From assembly GCF_009914755.1 (NCBI RefSeq), contig NC_060933.1: a stretch of DNA of 64,000 bases; one strand, given 5' to 3'. The stretch is from the human T2T-CHM13v2.0 reference genome, Homo sapiens. The notes under the pieces are model-generated. The model did no database searches. It saw only the letters and a program-made list of their open reading frames with translations, and was not told where the DNA came from. The first letter of the stretch is position 1. Each line of letters begins with the position of its first letter. Of this stretch, positions 1 through 13,770 are shown one piece after another. The position numbers were made by a program, and so were the translations under genes.

Positions 1-1780
1 TTCCGGATGATTCCATTCCATTGCATTCCATTCCATTCCATTCCCCTGCACTCGTGTTGATTCCATTCCCTTCCATTCCATTCCATTCCATTCCATTCTA
101 TTCCGATTAATTCCATTCCATTCCATTCCATTCCATTCCATTCCATTGCCATCGAGTTGATTCCATTCCATTCCTTTCCATTCCATTCCATTGCCTTGCA
201 TTCCACTCGGGTTTATTCCATTCCATTCTTTCCACTCCAATACATTCCCTTCCATTCCACTCGGAATGATTGATTCCATTCCATTCTATTCCATTTCATT
301 CCATTGCAATCCATTCCAATCCATTCCATTCCATTCCATTCCACTCGAGTTGACTTCATTCCATTCCTTTCCATTCCATTCCATTCCATTCCTTTCCACT
401 CGAGTTGATTCCATTCCATTCCAATCCATTGCATTCCATTCCATGCCATTCCACTCGGGTTGATTCCATTCCTTTGCATTCCATTCCATTCCATTCCATT
501 GCATTCCATTCCATTCCATTCCGTTGCATTCCATTCCATTACATTCGGATTGATTCTATTCAACTCCCTTACTCTCCATTACATTCCATTCCATTCGGGT
601 TGTTCCATTCCATTCCATTCCATTCCACTCCATTCCATTGCACTCGGGTTGATTCCATTCCATTCCATTCCATTCCATTCCATTCCGGATGATTCCATTC
701 CATTGCATTCCGTTCCATTACATTCCCCTGCACTCGGGTTGATACCATTCCATTCCATTCCATTCCATTCGATTGCCATCGAGTTGATTCCATTCCATTC
801 CATTCCATTCCATTCCATTCCATTCCATTCCTTTCCATTCCATTCCTTTCCATTCCATTGCGGATGACTCCATTCCATTGCATTCCATTCCATTCCATTC
901 CCCTGTACTCGGGTTGATTCCATTCCATTCCATTCCACTCCATTCGGTTCCGTTGCATTCCATTCTATTGCATTCCATTCTATTCGGGTTAATTCCATTC
1001 CATTCTATTCCATTCCATTCTATTCCATTCCATTGCAATGGAGTTGATTCCATTCAATTCCATTCCATTCCGGATGATTCCATTCCATTGCATTCCATTC
1101 CTTTCCATTCCCCTGCACTCGTGTTCTTTCCATTCCGTTCCATTCCATTCCATTCCATTCTATTCCGGTTAATTCCATTCCATTCCATTCCATTCCATTC
1201 CATTCCATTGCAATCGAGTTGATTGCATTCCATTCCTTTCCATTCCATTCCATTGCCTTGCATTCCACTCGGGTTGATTCCATTCCCTTCTTTCCACTCC
1301 ATTACATTCCCTTCCATTCCACTCGGAATGATTGATTCCATTCCATTCCATTCCATTTCATTCCATTGCAATCCATTCCAATCCATTCCATTCCATTCCA
1401 TTCCACTCGAGTTGACTTCATTCCATTCCTTTCCATTCCATTCCATTCCTTTCCACTCGAGTTGATTCCTTTCCATTCCAATCCATTGCATTCCATTCCA
1501 TGCCATTCCACTCGGGTTGATTCCATTCCTTTGCATTCCATTCCATTCCATTCCATTCCATTCCGTTGCATTCCATTCCATTACATTCGGATTGATTCTA
1601 TTCAACTCCCTTACTCTCCATTACATTCCATTCCATTCGGGTTGTTCCATTCCATTCCATTCCATTCCACTCCATTCCATTGCACTCGGGTTGATTCCAT
1701 TCCATTCCATTCCATTCCATTCCATTCCGGATGATTCCATTCCATTGCATTCCATTCCATTACATTCGCCTGCACTCGCG
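1..1780 (+). repeat. Diverged ~1.06 kb tandem duplication (about 1.7 copies visible)
   Basis: Rare words TTGCCTTGCATTCCACTCGGG at 191 and 1253 (offset 1062) and GGAATGATTGATT at 264 and 1326. CTCGAGTTGACTTC occurs in both copies. Several substitutions and pentamer indels separate the copies. Confidence 0.75.
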
Positions 1781-2899
1781 TTGATTCCATTCCATTCCAT
1801 TCCATTCCATTCACTTCCATTCCATTACAATTCGTTCCATTCCATTCTATTCCGTACCATTCCATTCCATTCCATACCATTCCATTCCATTCCATTCCAT
1901 TCCATTCCATTCCATTCCGTTCCATTCCGTTCCATTCCATTCCATTCCATTACATTACATTACATTCCGGATGATTCCATTCCATTGCATTCCATTCCAT
2001 TCCATTCACCTGCACTCGGGTTGATTCCATTCCATTCCATTCCATTACATTCCGTTCCATTCCATTCCATTCCATTCGGATTGATTCTATTCAATTCCCT
2101 TACACTCCATTACATTCCATTCCATTCGGGTAGTTTCCATTCCATTCCATTCCATTCCTCTCCATTCGATTGTACTCAAGTTGATTCCATTCCATTCCAT
2201 TCCATTCCATTCCATTCCATTCCATTACATTACATTACTTTCCATTCCATTGTACTCGGGTTGATTCCATTCCATTGCATTCCATTCCATTCCATTCCAT
2301 TCCATTCCGTTCCATTCCATTCCATTCCATTACATTCGGATTGATTCTATTCAACTCCCTTACTCTCCATTACATTCCATTCCATTCGGGTTGTTCCATT
2401 CCATTCCATTCCATTCCACTCCATTCCATTGCGCTCGGGTTGATTCCATTCCATTCCATTCCATTCCATTCCATTCCGGATGATTCCATTCCATTGCATT
2501 CCGTTCCATTACATTCCCCTGCACTCGGGTTCATTCCATTCCATTCCATTCCATTCCATTCGATTCCATTCCATTCCAATTCTTTCCATTCCATTCTATT
2601 CCGTACCATTCCATTCCATTCCATACAATTCCATTCCATTCCATTCCACTCCGTTCCGTTCCGTTCCGTTCTGTTCCGTTCCATTCCATTCCATTCCATT
2701 CTATTCGGTTTAATTCCATTCCATTCCATTCCATTCCATTCTATTCCATTCCATTGCAATCGATTTGAATCCATTGCATTACATTCCATTCCATTCCATT
2801 CCCCTGCACTCGGGTTGATTCCATTCCATTCCACTCCATTCCGTTCCATTCCATTCCATTGCATTGTATTCGGGTTAATTCCATTCCATTCCATTCCAT

Positions 2900-3800
2900 T
2901 CCATTCCATTCCATTACAAACGAGTTGATTCCATTCCATTCCATTCCATTCCAGTCCTTTCCATTCCATTCCTCTCGGGTTGATTCCATTCTATTAGTTT
3001 CCATTACATTCCATTCCCTTCCATTCCAGTCTGGTTGATTCCATTCCTTTCCATTCCACTCGAATACATTCCCTCCTATTCCACTCGGAACGATTCCATT
3101 CCATTCCATTCCATTCCTTTCCATTCCATTCCATTCCATTTCGTTCCATTCCATTCTATTCCGTATCATTCCATTCCATTCCATTCCATTCCATTCCATT
3201 CCATTCCATTCCATTGTACTCGGGTTGATTCCATTCCATTGCATTCCATTCCATTCCATTCCATTCCATTCCATTCCATTCCGGAAGATTCCATTCCATT
3301 GCATTCCATTCCATTCAATTCCCCTGCACTCGCGTTGATTCCATTCCATTCCATTCTATTCCATTCCATTCCCTTCCTTTCCGTTCCATTCCATTCAATT
3401 CCATTCCATTCCATTCCGTTCCGTTCCATTCCATTCCATTCCATTCTATTCGGGTTAATTCCATTCCATTCCATTCGATTGCAATCGAGTTGATTCCATT
3501 CCATTCCATTCCATTCCATTCCATTCCATTACAATCGAGTTGATTCCATTCCATTCCATTCCATTCCAGTCCTTTCCATTCCATTCCTCTCGGGTTGATT
3601 CCATTCTATTAGTTTCCATTCCATTCCATTCCCTTCCATTCCACTCTGGTTGATTCCACTCCTTTCCATTCCACTCGAATACATTCCATCCTATTCCACT
3701 CGGAATGATTCCATTCCATTCCATTCCATTCCATTCCATTCCATTCCATTCCATTCCATTTCCTTCCATTCCATTCTATTCCGTATCATTCCATTCCATT
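2900..3800 (+). repeat. Local duplicated block (~300 bp, copies ~615 bp apart)
   Basis: The word string CCAGTCCTTT...CCTCTCGGGT...CTATTAGTTT...CGAATACATT...CTATTCCGTATC occurs twice. CCTCTCGGGT is at 2971 and 3586, and CGAATACATT is at 3061 and 3676. Confidence 0.65.
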
Positions 3801-4849
3801 CCATTCCATTCCATTCCATTCCTTTCCATTCCATTACGGATGATTCCATTCCATTGCATTCCATTCCATTCCATTCCCCTATACTCGGGTTGATTCCATT
3901 CCATTGCATTCCATTCCATTCCATTCCATTCCATTCCATTTCATTACATTCAGATTGATTCTATTCAATTCCCTTACACTCCATTATATTCCAATCTATT
4001 CTTGTTGTCTCCATTCCATTCCATTCCATTTCACTCCATTCCATTGCACTCGGTTGATTCCATTCCATTCCATTCCATTGCATTCCATTCCATTCCATTC
4101 CGGATGATTCCATTCCATTGCATTCCATTCCATTCCATTCCCCTGCACTCGGGTTGATTCCATTCCATTCCATTACATTACATTCCGTTCCATTCCATTC
4201 CATTCCATTCGGATTGATTCTATTCAATTCCCTTACACTCCATTACATTCCATTCCTTTCGGGTAGTTTCCATTCCATTCCATTCCATTCGTCTCCATTC
4301 CATTGCACTCGGGTTGATTCCATTCCATTCCATTCCATTCCATTTGATTACATTACATTCCATTCCATTCCGTTCCATTGTACTCGGGTTGATTCCATTC
4401 CATTGCATTCCATTCCATTCCATTCCATTCCATTCCATTCCGTTCCATTCCATTACATTCGGATTGATTCTATTCAACTCCCTTACTCTCCATTACATTC
4501 CATTCCATTCGGGTTGTTCCATTCCATTCCATTCCATTCCCCTCCATTCCATTGTGCTCGGTTTGATTCCATTCCATTCCATTCCATTCCATTCCATTCC
4601 ATTCCAGAAGATTCCATTCCATTGCATTCCATTCCATTCCATTCCCCTGCACTCGCGTTGATTCCATTCCATTCCATTCTATTCCATTCCATTCCCTTCC
4701 TTTCCGTTCCATTCCATTCCATTCCATTCCATTCCATTCCGTTCCGTTCCATTCCATTGCATTCCATTCTATTCGGGTTAATTCCATTCCATTCCATTCG
4801 ATTGCAATCGAGTTGATTCCATTCCACTCTATTCCATTCCATTCCATTC

Positions 4850-7800
4850 CTTTCCATTCCATTCCATTACGGATGATTCCATTCCATTGCATTCCATTCC
4901 ATTCCATTCCCCTGTACTCGGGTTGATTCCATTCAATTCCATTCCAATCCATGCCATTCCACACGTGTTGATTCCATTCTTTCCATTCCATTCAAGTTGA
5001 ATCCATTCCATTGCATTCCATTCCATTCCATTCCATTCCATTCCGTTCCGTTCCATTCCATTCCATTACATTCGGATTGATTCTATTCAATTCCCTTACA
5101 ATCCATTATATTCCATTGCATTCGGGTAGTTTCCATTCCATTCCATTTCATTCCTCTCCATTCCATTGAACTCGGGTTGATTCCATTACATTGCATTCCA
5201 TTCCAATCCATTCAATTCCATTCCGTTCCATTCCATTCCATTACATTCGGATTGATTCTATTCAACTCCCTTACTCTCCATTACATTCCATTCCATTCGG
5301 GTTGTTCCATTCCATTCCATTCCATTCCACTCCATTCCATTGCACTCGGGTTTATTCCATTCCATTCCATTCCATTCCATTCCATTCCATTCCATTCCAT
5401 TCCGGAAGATTCCATTCCATTGCATTCCATTCCATTCCATTCCCCTGCACTCGCGTTGATTCCATTCCATTCCATTCCATTCCATTCCATTCCATTCCAT
5501 TCCATTCCTTTCCGTTCCATTCCATTCCATTCCATTCCAATCCATTCCATTCCGTTCCGTTCCGTTCCATTCCATTCCATTCCATTCTATTCGGGTTAAT
5601 TCCATTCCATTCCATTCGATTGCTATCGAGTTGATTCCATTCCATTCCATTCCATGCCATTCCATTCCATTCCTTTCCATTCCTTTCCATTCCATTACGG
5701 ATGATTCCAATCCATTGCATTCCATTCCCTTCCATTCCCCTGTACTCGGGTTGATTCCATTCCATTCCATTCCAATCCATGCCGTTCCACTCGTGGTGAT
5801 TCCATTCTTTCCATTCCATTCAAGTTGAATCCATTCCATTGCATTCCATTCCATTCCATTCCCCTGCAGTCGGGTTGTTTCCATTCCATTCCATTCCATT
5901 CCATTCCATTCCGTTCCGTTCCATTCCATTCCATTCTATTCGGGTTAATTCCATTCCATTCCTTTCCATTCCATTCCATTCCAATCGAGTTGATTCCATT
6001 CCATTCCATTCCATTCCATTCCACTCCATTCCAGTCCTTTCCATTCCATTCCACTCGGGTTGATTCCAATGTATTCCTTTCCATTCCATTCCATTGCAAT
6101 CGAGTTGATTCCATTGCTTTGCATTCCATTCCATTCCATTCCATTCCGGATGATTCCATTCCATGGCATTGCATTCCATTCCATTCCCCTGCACTCGGGT
6201 TGATTCCATTCTTTCCACTCCATTCCGTTCCATTCCATTCCATTCCATTGTATTCGGGTTAATTCCATTCCATTCCATTCCATTCCATTCCATTACAATC
6301 GAGTTGATTCCATTCCATTCCATTCCATTGCAGTCCTTTCCATTCCATTCCTCTCGGGTTGACTCCATTCTATTAGTTTCCTTTCCATTCCATTCCCTTC
6401 CATTCCACTCTGGTTGATTCCATTCCTTTCCATTCCACACGAATACATTCCCTCCTATTCCACTAGGAACGATTCCATTCCATTCCATTCCATTCCATTC
6501 CATTCCATTCCATTCCATTCCATTTCGTTCCATTCCATTCTATTCCGTATCATTGCATTCCATTCCATTGCATTCCTTTCCATTCCAGTACGGATGATTC
6601 CATTCCATTGCATTCCATTCCATTCCATTCCCCTATACTCGGGTTGATTCCATTCCATTCCATTCCAATCCATGCCATTCCACTCGTGTTGATTCCATTC
6701 TTTCCATTCCATTCAAGTTGAATCCATTCCATTGCATTCCACTCCATTCGATTCCATTCGATTGCACTCGGGTTGATTCCATTGCATTGCATTCCATTCC
6801 ATTCCATTCCATTCCATTCCATTCCATTCCATTCCGTTCCATTCCATTTCATTACATTGAGATTTATTCTATTCAATTCCCTTACACTCCATTATATTCC
6901 AATCCATTCTGGTTGTCTCCATTCCATTCCATTCCATTTCACTCCATTCCATTGCACTCGGGTTGTTTCCATTCCATTCCATTCCATTGCATTCAATTCC
7001 ATTCCATTTCATTCCATTCCATTCCATTCCGGATGATTCCATTCCATTGCATTCCATTCCATTCCATTCCCCTGCACTCGGGTTGATTCCATTCCATTCC
7101 ATTACATTACATTCCGTTCCATTCCATTCCATTCCATTCGGATTGATTCTATTCAATTCCCTTACACTCCATTACATTCCATTCCATTGGGGTAGTTTCC
7201 ATTCCATTCCATTCCATTCCTCTCCATTCCATTGCACTCGGTTTGATTCCATTCCATTCCACTCCATTCCATTCTATTACATTACATTCCATTCCATTCC
7301 GTTCCATTGTACTCGGGTTGATTCCATTCCATTGCATTCCATTCCATTCCATTCCATTCCATTCCATTCCATTCCATTCGATTCCATTCCATTCCAATTC
7401 TTTCCATTCCATTCTATTCCGTACCATTCCATTCCATTCCATACAATTCCATTCCATTCCATTCCACTCCTTTCCGTTCCGTTCCGTTCTGTTCCGTTCC
7501 ATTCCATTCCATTCCATTCTATTCGGTTTAATTCCATTCCATTCCATTCCATTCCATTCCATTCCATTCCATTCCATTCTATTTCATTCCATTGCAATCG
7601 AGCTGAAACCATTCCATTCCATTCCATTCCATTCCATTCCATTCCATTCCGGAAGATTCCATTCCATTGCATTCCATTCCATTCCATTCCATTCCATTCC
7701 ATTCCATTCCATTGTACTCTGGTTGATTCCATTCCATTGCATTCCATTCCATTCCATTCCATTCCATTCCATTCCGTTCCATTCCATTCCATTACGTTCG

Positions 7801-9750
7801 GATTGATTCTTTTCAACTCCCTTACTCTCCATTACATTCCATTCCATTCGGGTTGTTCCATTCCATTCCATTCCATTCCACTCCATTCCATTGCACTCGG
7901 GTTGACTCCATTCCATTCCATTCCATTCCATTCCGGATGATTCCATTCCATTGCATTCCGTTCCATTACATTCCCCTGTACTCGGGTTGATTCCATTCCA
8001 TTCCATTCCATTCCATTCGATTCCATTCCATTCCAATTCTTTCCATTCCATTCTATTCCGTACCATGCCATTCCATTCCATACAATTCCATTCCATTCCA
8101 TTCCACTGCGTTCCGTTCCGTTCCGTTCCATTCCATTCCATTCCATTCTATTCGGGTTAATTCCATTCCATTCCATTCGATTGCAATCGAGTTGATTCCA
8201 TTCCATTCCATTCCATTCCATTCCTTTCCATTCCATTACGGATGATTCCATTCCATTGCATTCCATTCAATTCCATTGCATTCCATTCCATTCCATTCCC
8301 CTGTACTCGGGTTGATTCCATTCCATTCCATTCCAATCCATGCCGTTCCACTCGTGTTGATTCCATTCTTTCCATTCCATTCAAGTTGAATCCATTCCAT
8401 TGCATTCCTTTCCATTCGATTCCATTCGATTGCACTCGGGTTGATTCCATTCCATTGCATTCCATTCCATTCCATTCCATTCCATTCCATTTCATTCCAT
8501 TCCGTTCCATTCCATTCCATTACATTCGGATTGATTCTATTCAATTCCCTTACACTCCATTACATTCCATTTCATTCGGGTAGTTTCCATTCCATTCCAT
8601 TCCATTCCTTTCCATTCCATTGAACTCGGGTTGATTCCATTCCATTGCATTCCATTCCATTCCATTCAATTCCATTCCGTTCCATTCCATTCCATTACAT
8701 TCGGATTGACTCTATTCAACTCCCTTACTCTCCATTACATTCCATTCCATTCGGGTTGTTCCATTCCATTCCATTCCATTCCACTCCATTCCATTGCACT
8801 CGGGTTTATTCCATTCCATTCCATTCCATTCCGGAAGATTCCATTCCATTGCATTCCATTCCATTCCATTCCCCTGCACTCGCGTTGATTCCATTCCGTT
8901 CCATTCCATTCCATTCCATTCCTTTCCATTCCATTCCTTTCCGTTCCATTCCATTCCATTCCAATCCATTCCATTCCGTTCCGTTCCGTTCCATTCCATT
9001 CCATTCCATTCTATTCGGGTTAATTCCATTCCATTCCATTCGGTTGCAATCGATTTGATTCCATTCCATTCCATTCCATTCCATTCCATTCCATTCCTTT
9101 CCTTTCCATTCCATTACGGATGATTCCATTCCATTGCATTCCATTCCATTCCATTCCCCTGTACTCGGGTTGATTCCATTCCATTCCATTCCAATCCATG
9201 CCATTCCACTCGTGTTGATTCCATTGTTTCCATTCCATTCAAGTTGAATCCATTCCATTGCATTCCATTCCATTCCATTCCCCTGCAGTCGGGTTGTTTC
9301 CATTCCATTCCATTCCGTTCCGTTCCGTTCCGTTCCATTCCATTCCATTCCATTCTATTCGGGTTAATTCCATTCCATTCCATTCCATTCCATTCCATTC
9401 CATTCCATTCCAATCGAGTTGATTCCATTCCATTCCGTTCCATTCCATTCCATTCCATTCCAGTCCTTTCTATTCCATTCCACTCGGGTTGATTCCAATG
9501 TATTCCTTTCCATTCCATTCCATTCCATTGCAATCGAGTTGATTCCATTGCTTTGCATTCCATTCTATTCCATTCCATTCCGGATGATTCCATACCATTG
9601 CATTCCATTCCATTCCATTCCCTCTGCACTCGGGTTGATTCCATTCCATTCCACTCCATTCTGTTCCATTCCATTCCATTGCATTGTATTCGGGTTAATT
9701 CCATTCCATTCCATTCCATTCCATTCCATTCCATTCCATTGTATTCGGGT
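4850..9750 (+). repeat. Paralogous ~1.4-1.5 kb blocks about 3.4 kb apart (~4850-6280 and ~8230-9750)
   Basis: Shared rare words in the same order: TTGAACTCGGG (5166, 8620), CCCCTGCAGTCGGGTTGTTT (PstI sites at 5864 and 9283), CCAATGTATT, CCATTGCTTTGCATT. Confidence 0.7.
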
Positions 9751-9985
9751 TAATTCCATTCCATTCCATTCCATTCCATTCCATTCCATTCCATTCCATT
9801 CCGGAAGATTCCATTCCATTGCATTCCATTCCATTCCATTCCCCTGCACTCGCGTTGTTTCCATTCCATTCCATTCCATTCCATTCCATTCCATTGCATT
9901 CCTTTCCGATCCATTCCATTCCATTCCATTCCATTCCAATCCATTCCATTCCGTTCCGTTCCGTTCCATTCCATTCCATTCCATT

Positions 9986-12130
9986 CTATTCGGGTTAGTT
10001 CCATTCCATTCCATTCGGATTGTTCCATTCCATTCCATTCCATTCCACTCCATTCCATTTCACTCGGGTTTATTCCATTCCATTCCATTCCATTCCATTC
10101 CATTCCATTCCATTCCATTCCGGAAGATTCCATTCCATTGCATTCCATTCCATTCCATTCCCCTGCACTCGCGTTGATTCCATTCCATTCCATTCTATTC
10201 CATTCCATTCCCTTCCTTTCCTTTCCATTCCATTCCATTCCATTCCATTCCATTCCATTCCGTTCCGATCCATTCCATTCCATTCCATTCTATTCGGGTT
10301 AATTCCATTCCATTCCATTCCATTCCATTCCATTCCTTTCCATTCCATTACGGATGATTCCATTCCATTGCATTCCATTCCATTCCATTCCCCTGTACTC
10401 GGGTTGATTCCATTCCATTCCATTCCAAGCCATGCCATTCCACTCGTGTTGATTCCATTCTTTCCATTCCATTCAAGTTGAATCCATTCCATTGCATTCC
10501 ATTCCATTCGATTCCATTCGATTGCACTCGGGTTGATTCCATTCCATTGCATTCCATTCCATTCCATTCCATTCCATTCCATTCCATTCCATTCCGTTGC
10601 ATTCCATTCCATTACATTCGGATTGATTCTATTCAATTCCCTTACACTCCATTACATTCCATTCCATTCGGGTAGTTTCCATTCCATTCCATTCCATTCC
10701 TCTCCATTCCATTGCACTCGGGTTGATTCCATTCCATTGCATTACATTCCATTCCATTCAATTTCATTCCGTTCCATTCCATTCCATTACATTCGGATTG
10801 ATTCTATTCAACTCCCTTACTCTCCATTACATTCCATTCCATTCGGGTTGTTCCATTCCATTCCATTCCATTCCACTCCATTCCATTGCACTCGGGTTGA
10901 TTCCATTCCATTCCATTCCATTCCATTCCATTCCATTGCAATCGAGTTGATTCCATTCCATTCCATTCCATTCCAGTCCTTTCCATTCCATTCCACTCGG
11001 GTTGATTCCATTCTATTAGTTTCCATTCCATTCCATTCCCTTCCATTCCACTCTGGTTGATTCCATTCCTTTCCATTCCACTCGAATACATTCCCTCCTA
11101 TTCCACTCGGAATGATTCCATTCCATTCCACTCCATTCCATTCCATTCCATTCCATTCCATTCCATTCCATTTCGTTCCATTCCATTCTATTCCGTATCA
11201 TTCCATTCCATTCCATTCCATTCCATTCCATTCCATTCCATTGTACTCCGGTTGATTCCATTCCACTGCATTCCATTCCATTCCATTCCATTCCATTCCA
11301 TTCCATTCCATTCCGTTCCATTCCAATCCATTCCATTCCATTGTACTCGGGTTGATTCCATTCCGTTGCATTCCATTCCATTCCATTCAATTCCATTCCG
11401 TTCCATTCCATTCCATTACATTCGGATTGATTCTTTTTAACTCCCTTACTCTCCATTACATTCCATTCCATTAGGATTGTTCCATTCCATTCCATTCCAT
11501 TCCACTCCTTTCAATTGCACTTGGGTTGATTCCATTCCATTCCATTCCATTCCATTCCGGATGATTCCATTCCATTGCATTCCGTTCCATTACATTCCCC
11601 TGCACTCGGGTTGATTCCATTCCATTCCATTTCATTCCATTCCATTCCATTCCTTTCCATTCCAGTCCTTTCCATTCCATTCCACTCGGGTTGATTCCAT
11701 TCTATTAGTATCCATTCCATTCCATTCCCTTCCATTCCACTCTGGTTGATTCCATTCCTTTCCATTCCACTCGAATACATTCCCTCCTATTCCACTCGGA
11801 ACGATTCCATTCCATTCTATTCGGGTTAGTTCCATTCCATTCCATTCGGATTGTTCCATTCCATTCCATTCCATTCCACTCCATTCCATTGCACTCGGGT
11901 TTATTCCATTCCATTCCATTCCATTCCATTCCATTCCATTCCATTCCGGAAGATTCCATTCCATTGCATTCCATTCCATTCCATTCCCCTGCACTCGCGT
12001 TGATTCCATTCCATTCCATTCTATTCCATTCCATTCCCTTCCTTTCCGTTCCATTCCATTCCATTCCATTCCATTCCATTCCATTCCGTTCCGTTCCATT
12101 CCATTCCATTCCATTCTATTCGGGTTAATT
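9986..12130 (+). repeat. Paralogous ~310 bp blocks (~9986-10300 and ~11816-12130) sharing a private junction
   Basis: CGGGTTAGTTCCATTCCATTCCATTCGGATTGTTCC at 9991 and 11822 (offset 1831), not noticed elsewhere. The downstream word order is the same in both. Confidence 0.65.
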
Positions 12131-13544
12131 CCATTCCATTCCATTCGATTGCAATCGAGTTGATTCCATTCCATTCCATTCCATTCCATTCCATTCCATT
12201 CCATTCCATTCCATTTGGATTGATTCTATTCAATTCCCTTACACTCCATTACATTCAATTCAATTCGGGTAGTTTCCATTCCATTCCATTCCATTCCTCT
12301 CCATTCCTTTGCACTCGGGTTGATTCCATTCCATTCCATTCCATTCCATTACATTCCATTCCATTCCGTTCCATTGTACTCGGGTTGATTCCATTCCATT
12401 GCATTCCATTCCATTCCATTCCATTCCATTCCATTCCATTCCGTTCCATTCCATTACATTCAGATTGATTCTATTCAACTCCCTTACTCTCCATTACATT
12501 CCATTCCATTCGGGTTGTTCCATTCCATTCCATTCCATTCCATTCCATTCCACTCCATTCCATGGCACTCGGGTTGATTCCATTCCATTCCATTCCATTC
12601 CATTCCATTCCATTCCATTCCGGATGATTCCATTCCATTGCATTCCGTTCCATTACATTCCCCTGCACTCGCGTTGATTCCATTCCATTCCATTCCATTC
12701 CATTCAATTCCATTCCATTTCAATTCGTTCCATTCCATTCTATTCCATACCATTGCATTCCATTCCATACCATTCCATTCCATTCCATTCCATTCCGTTC
12801 CATTCCGTTCCATTCCATTCCATTCCATTCTATTCGGATTAATTCCATTCCATTCCATTCCATTCCATTCTATTCCATTCCATTGCAATCGGGTTGAATC
12901 CATTGCATTTCATTCCATTCCACTCCATTCCATTCCATTCCGGAAGATCCCATTCCATTGCATTCCATTCCATTCCATTCCTCTGCACTCGCGTTGATTC
13001 CATTCCATTCCATTCTATTCCGGAAGATTCCATTCCATTGCATTCCATTCCATTCCATTCGATTGCAATCGAGTTGATTCTATTCCATTCCATTCCATTC
13101 CATTCCATTCCATTCCATTCCATTCCATTCCTTTCCATTCCATTACGGATGATTCCATTCCATTGCATTCCATTCCATTCCATTCCCCTGTACTCGGGTT
13201 GATTCCATTCCATTCCATTCCAATCCATGCCATTCCACTCGTGTTGATTCCATTCTTTCCATTCCATTCAAGTTGAATCCATTCCATTGCATTCCATTCC
13301 ATTCGATTACATTCGATTGCACTCGGTTTGATTCCATTCCATTGCATTCCATTCCATTCCATTCCATTCCATTCCATTCCGTTCCATTCCATTTCATTAC
13401 TTTCAGATTGATTCTATTCAATTCCCTTACACTCCATTATATTCCAATCCATTCTGGTTGTCTCCATTCCATTCCATTCCATTTCACTCCATTCCATTGC
13501 ACTCGGGTTGATTGCATTCCATTCCATTCCATTGCATTCCATTC

Positions 13545-13770
13545 CATTCCATTCCGGATAATTCCATTCCATTGCATTCCATTCCATTCCATTCCCCTGC
13601 ACTCGGCTTGATTCCATTCCTTTCCATTCCATTACATTCCGTTCCATTCCATTCCATTCCATTCCGGATAATTCCATTCCATTGCATTCCATTCCATTCC
13701 ATTCCCCTGCACTCGGGTTGATTCCATTCCTTTCCATTCCATTACATTCCGTTCCATTCCATTCCATTCC
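13545..13770 (+). repeat. 110-bp tandem duplication
   Basis: The private variant CCGGATAATT (normally CCGGATGATT) occurs at 13554 and 13664. Each is followed by CCCCTGCACTCGG(C/G)TTGATTCCATTCCTTTCCATTCCATTACATTCCGTT. Confidence 0.8.

Noticed and set aside
4850-9750. ~3.4 kb offset suggesting the Y-chromosome DYZ1 ~3.5 kb repeat
   Set aside because: The offset is seen for only one block pair and does not continue as a regular period. Size similarity alone does not support a DYZ1 call.
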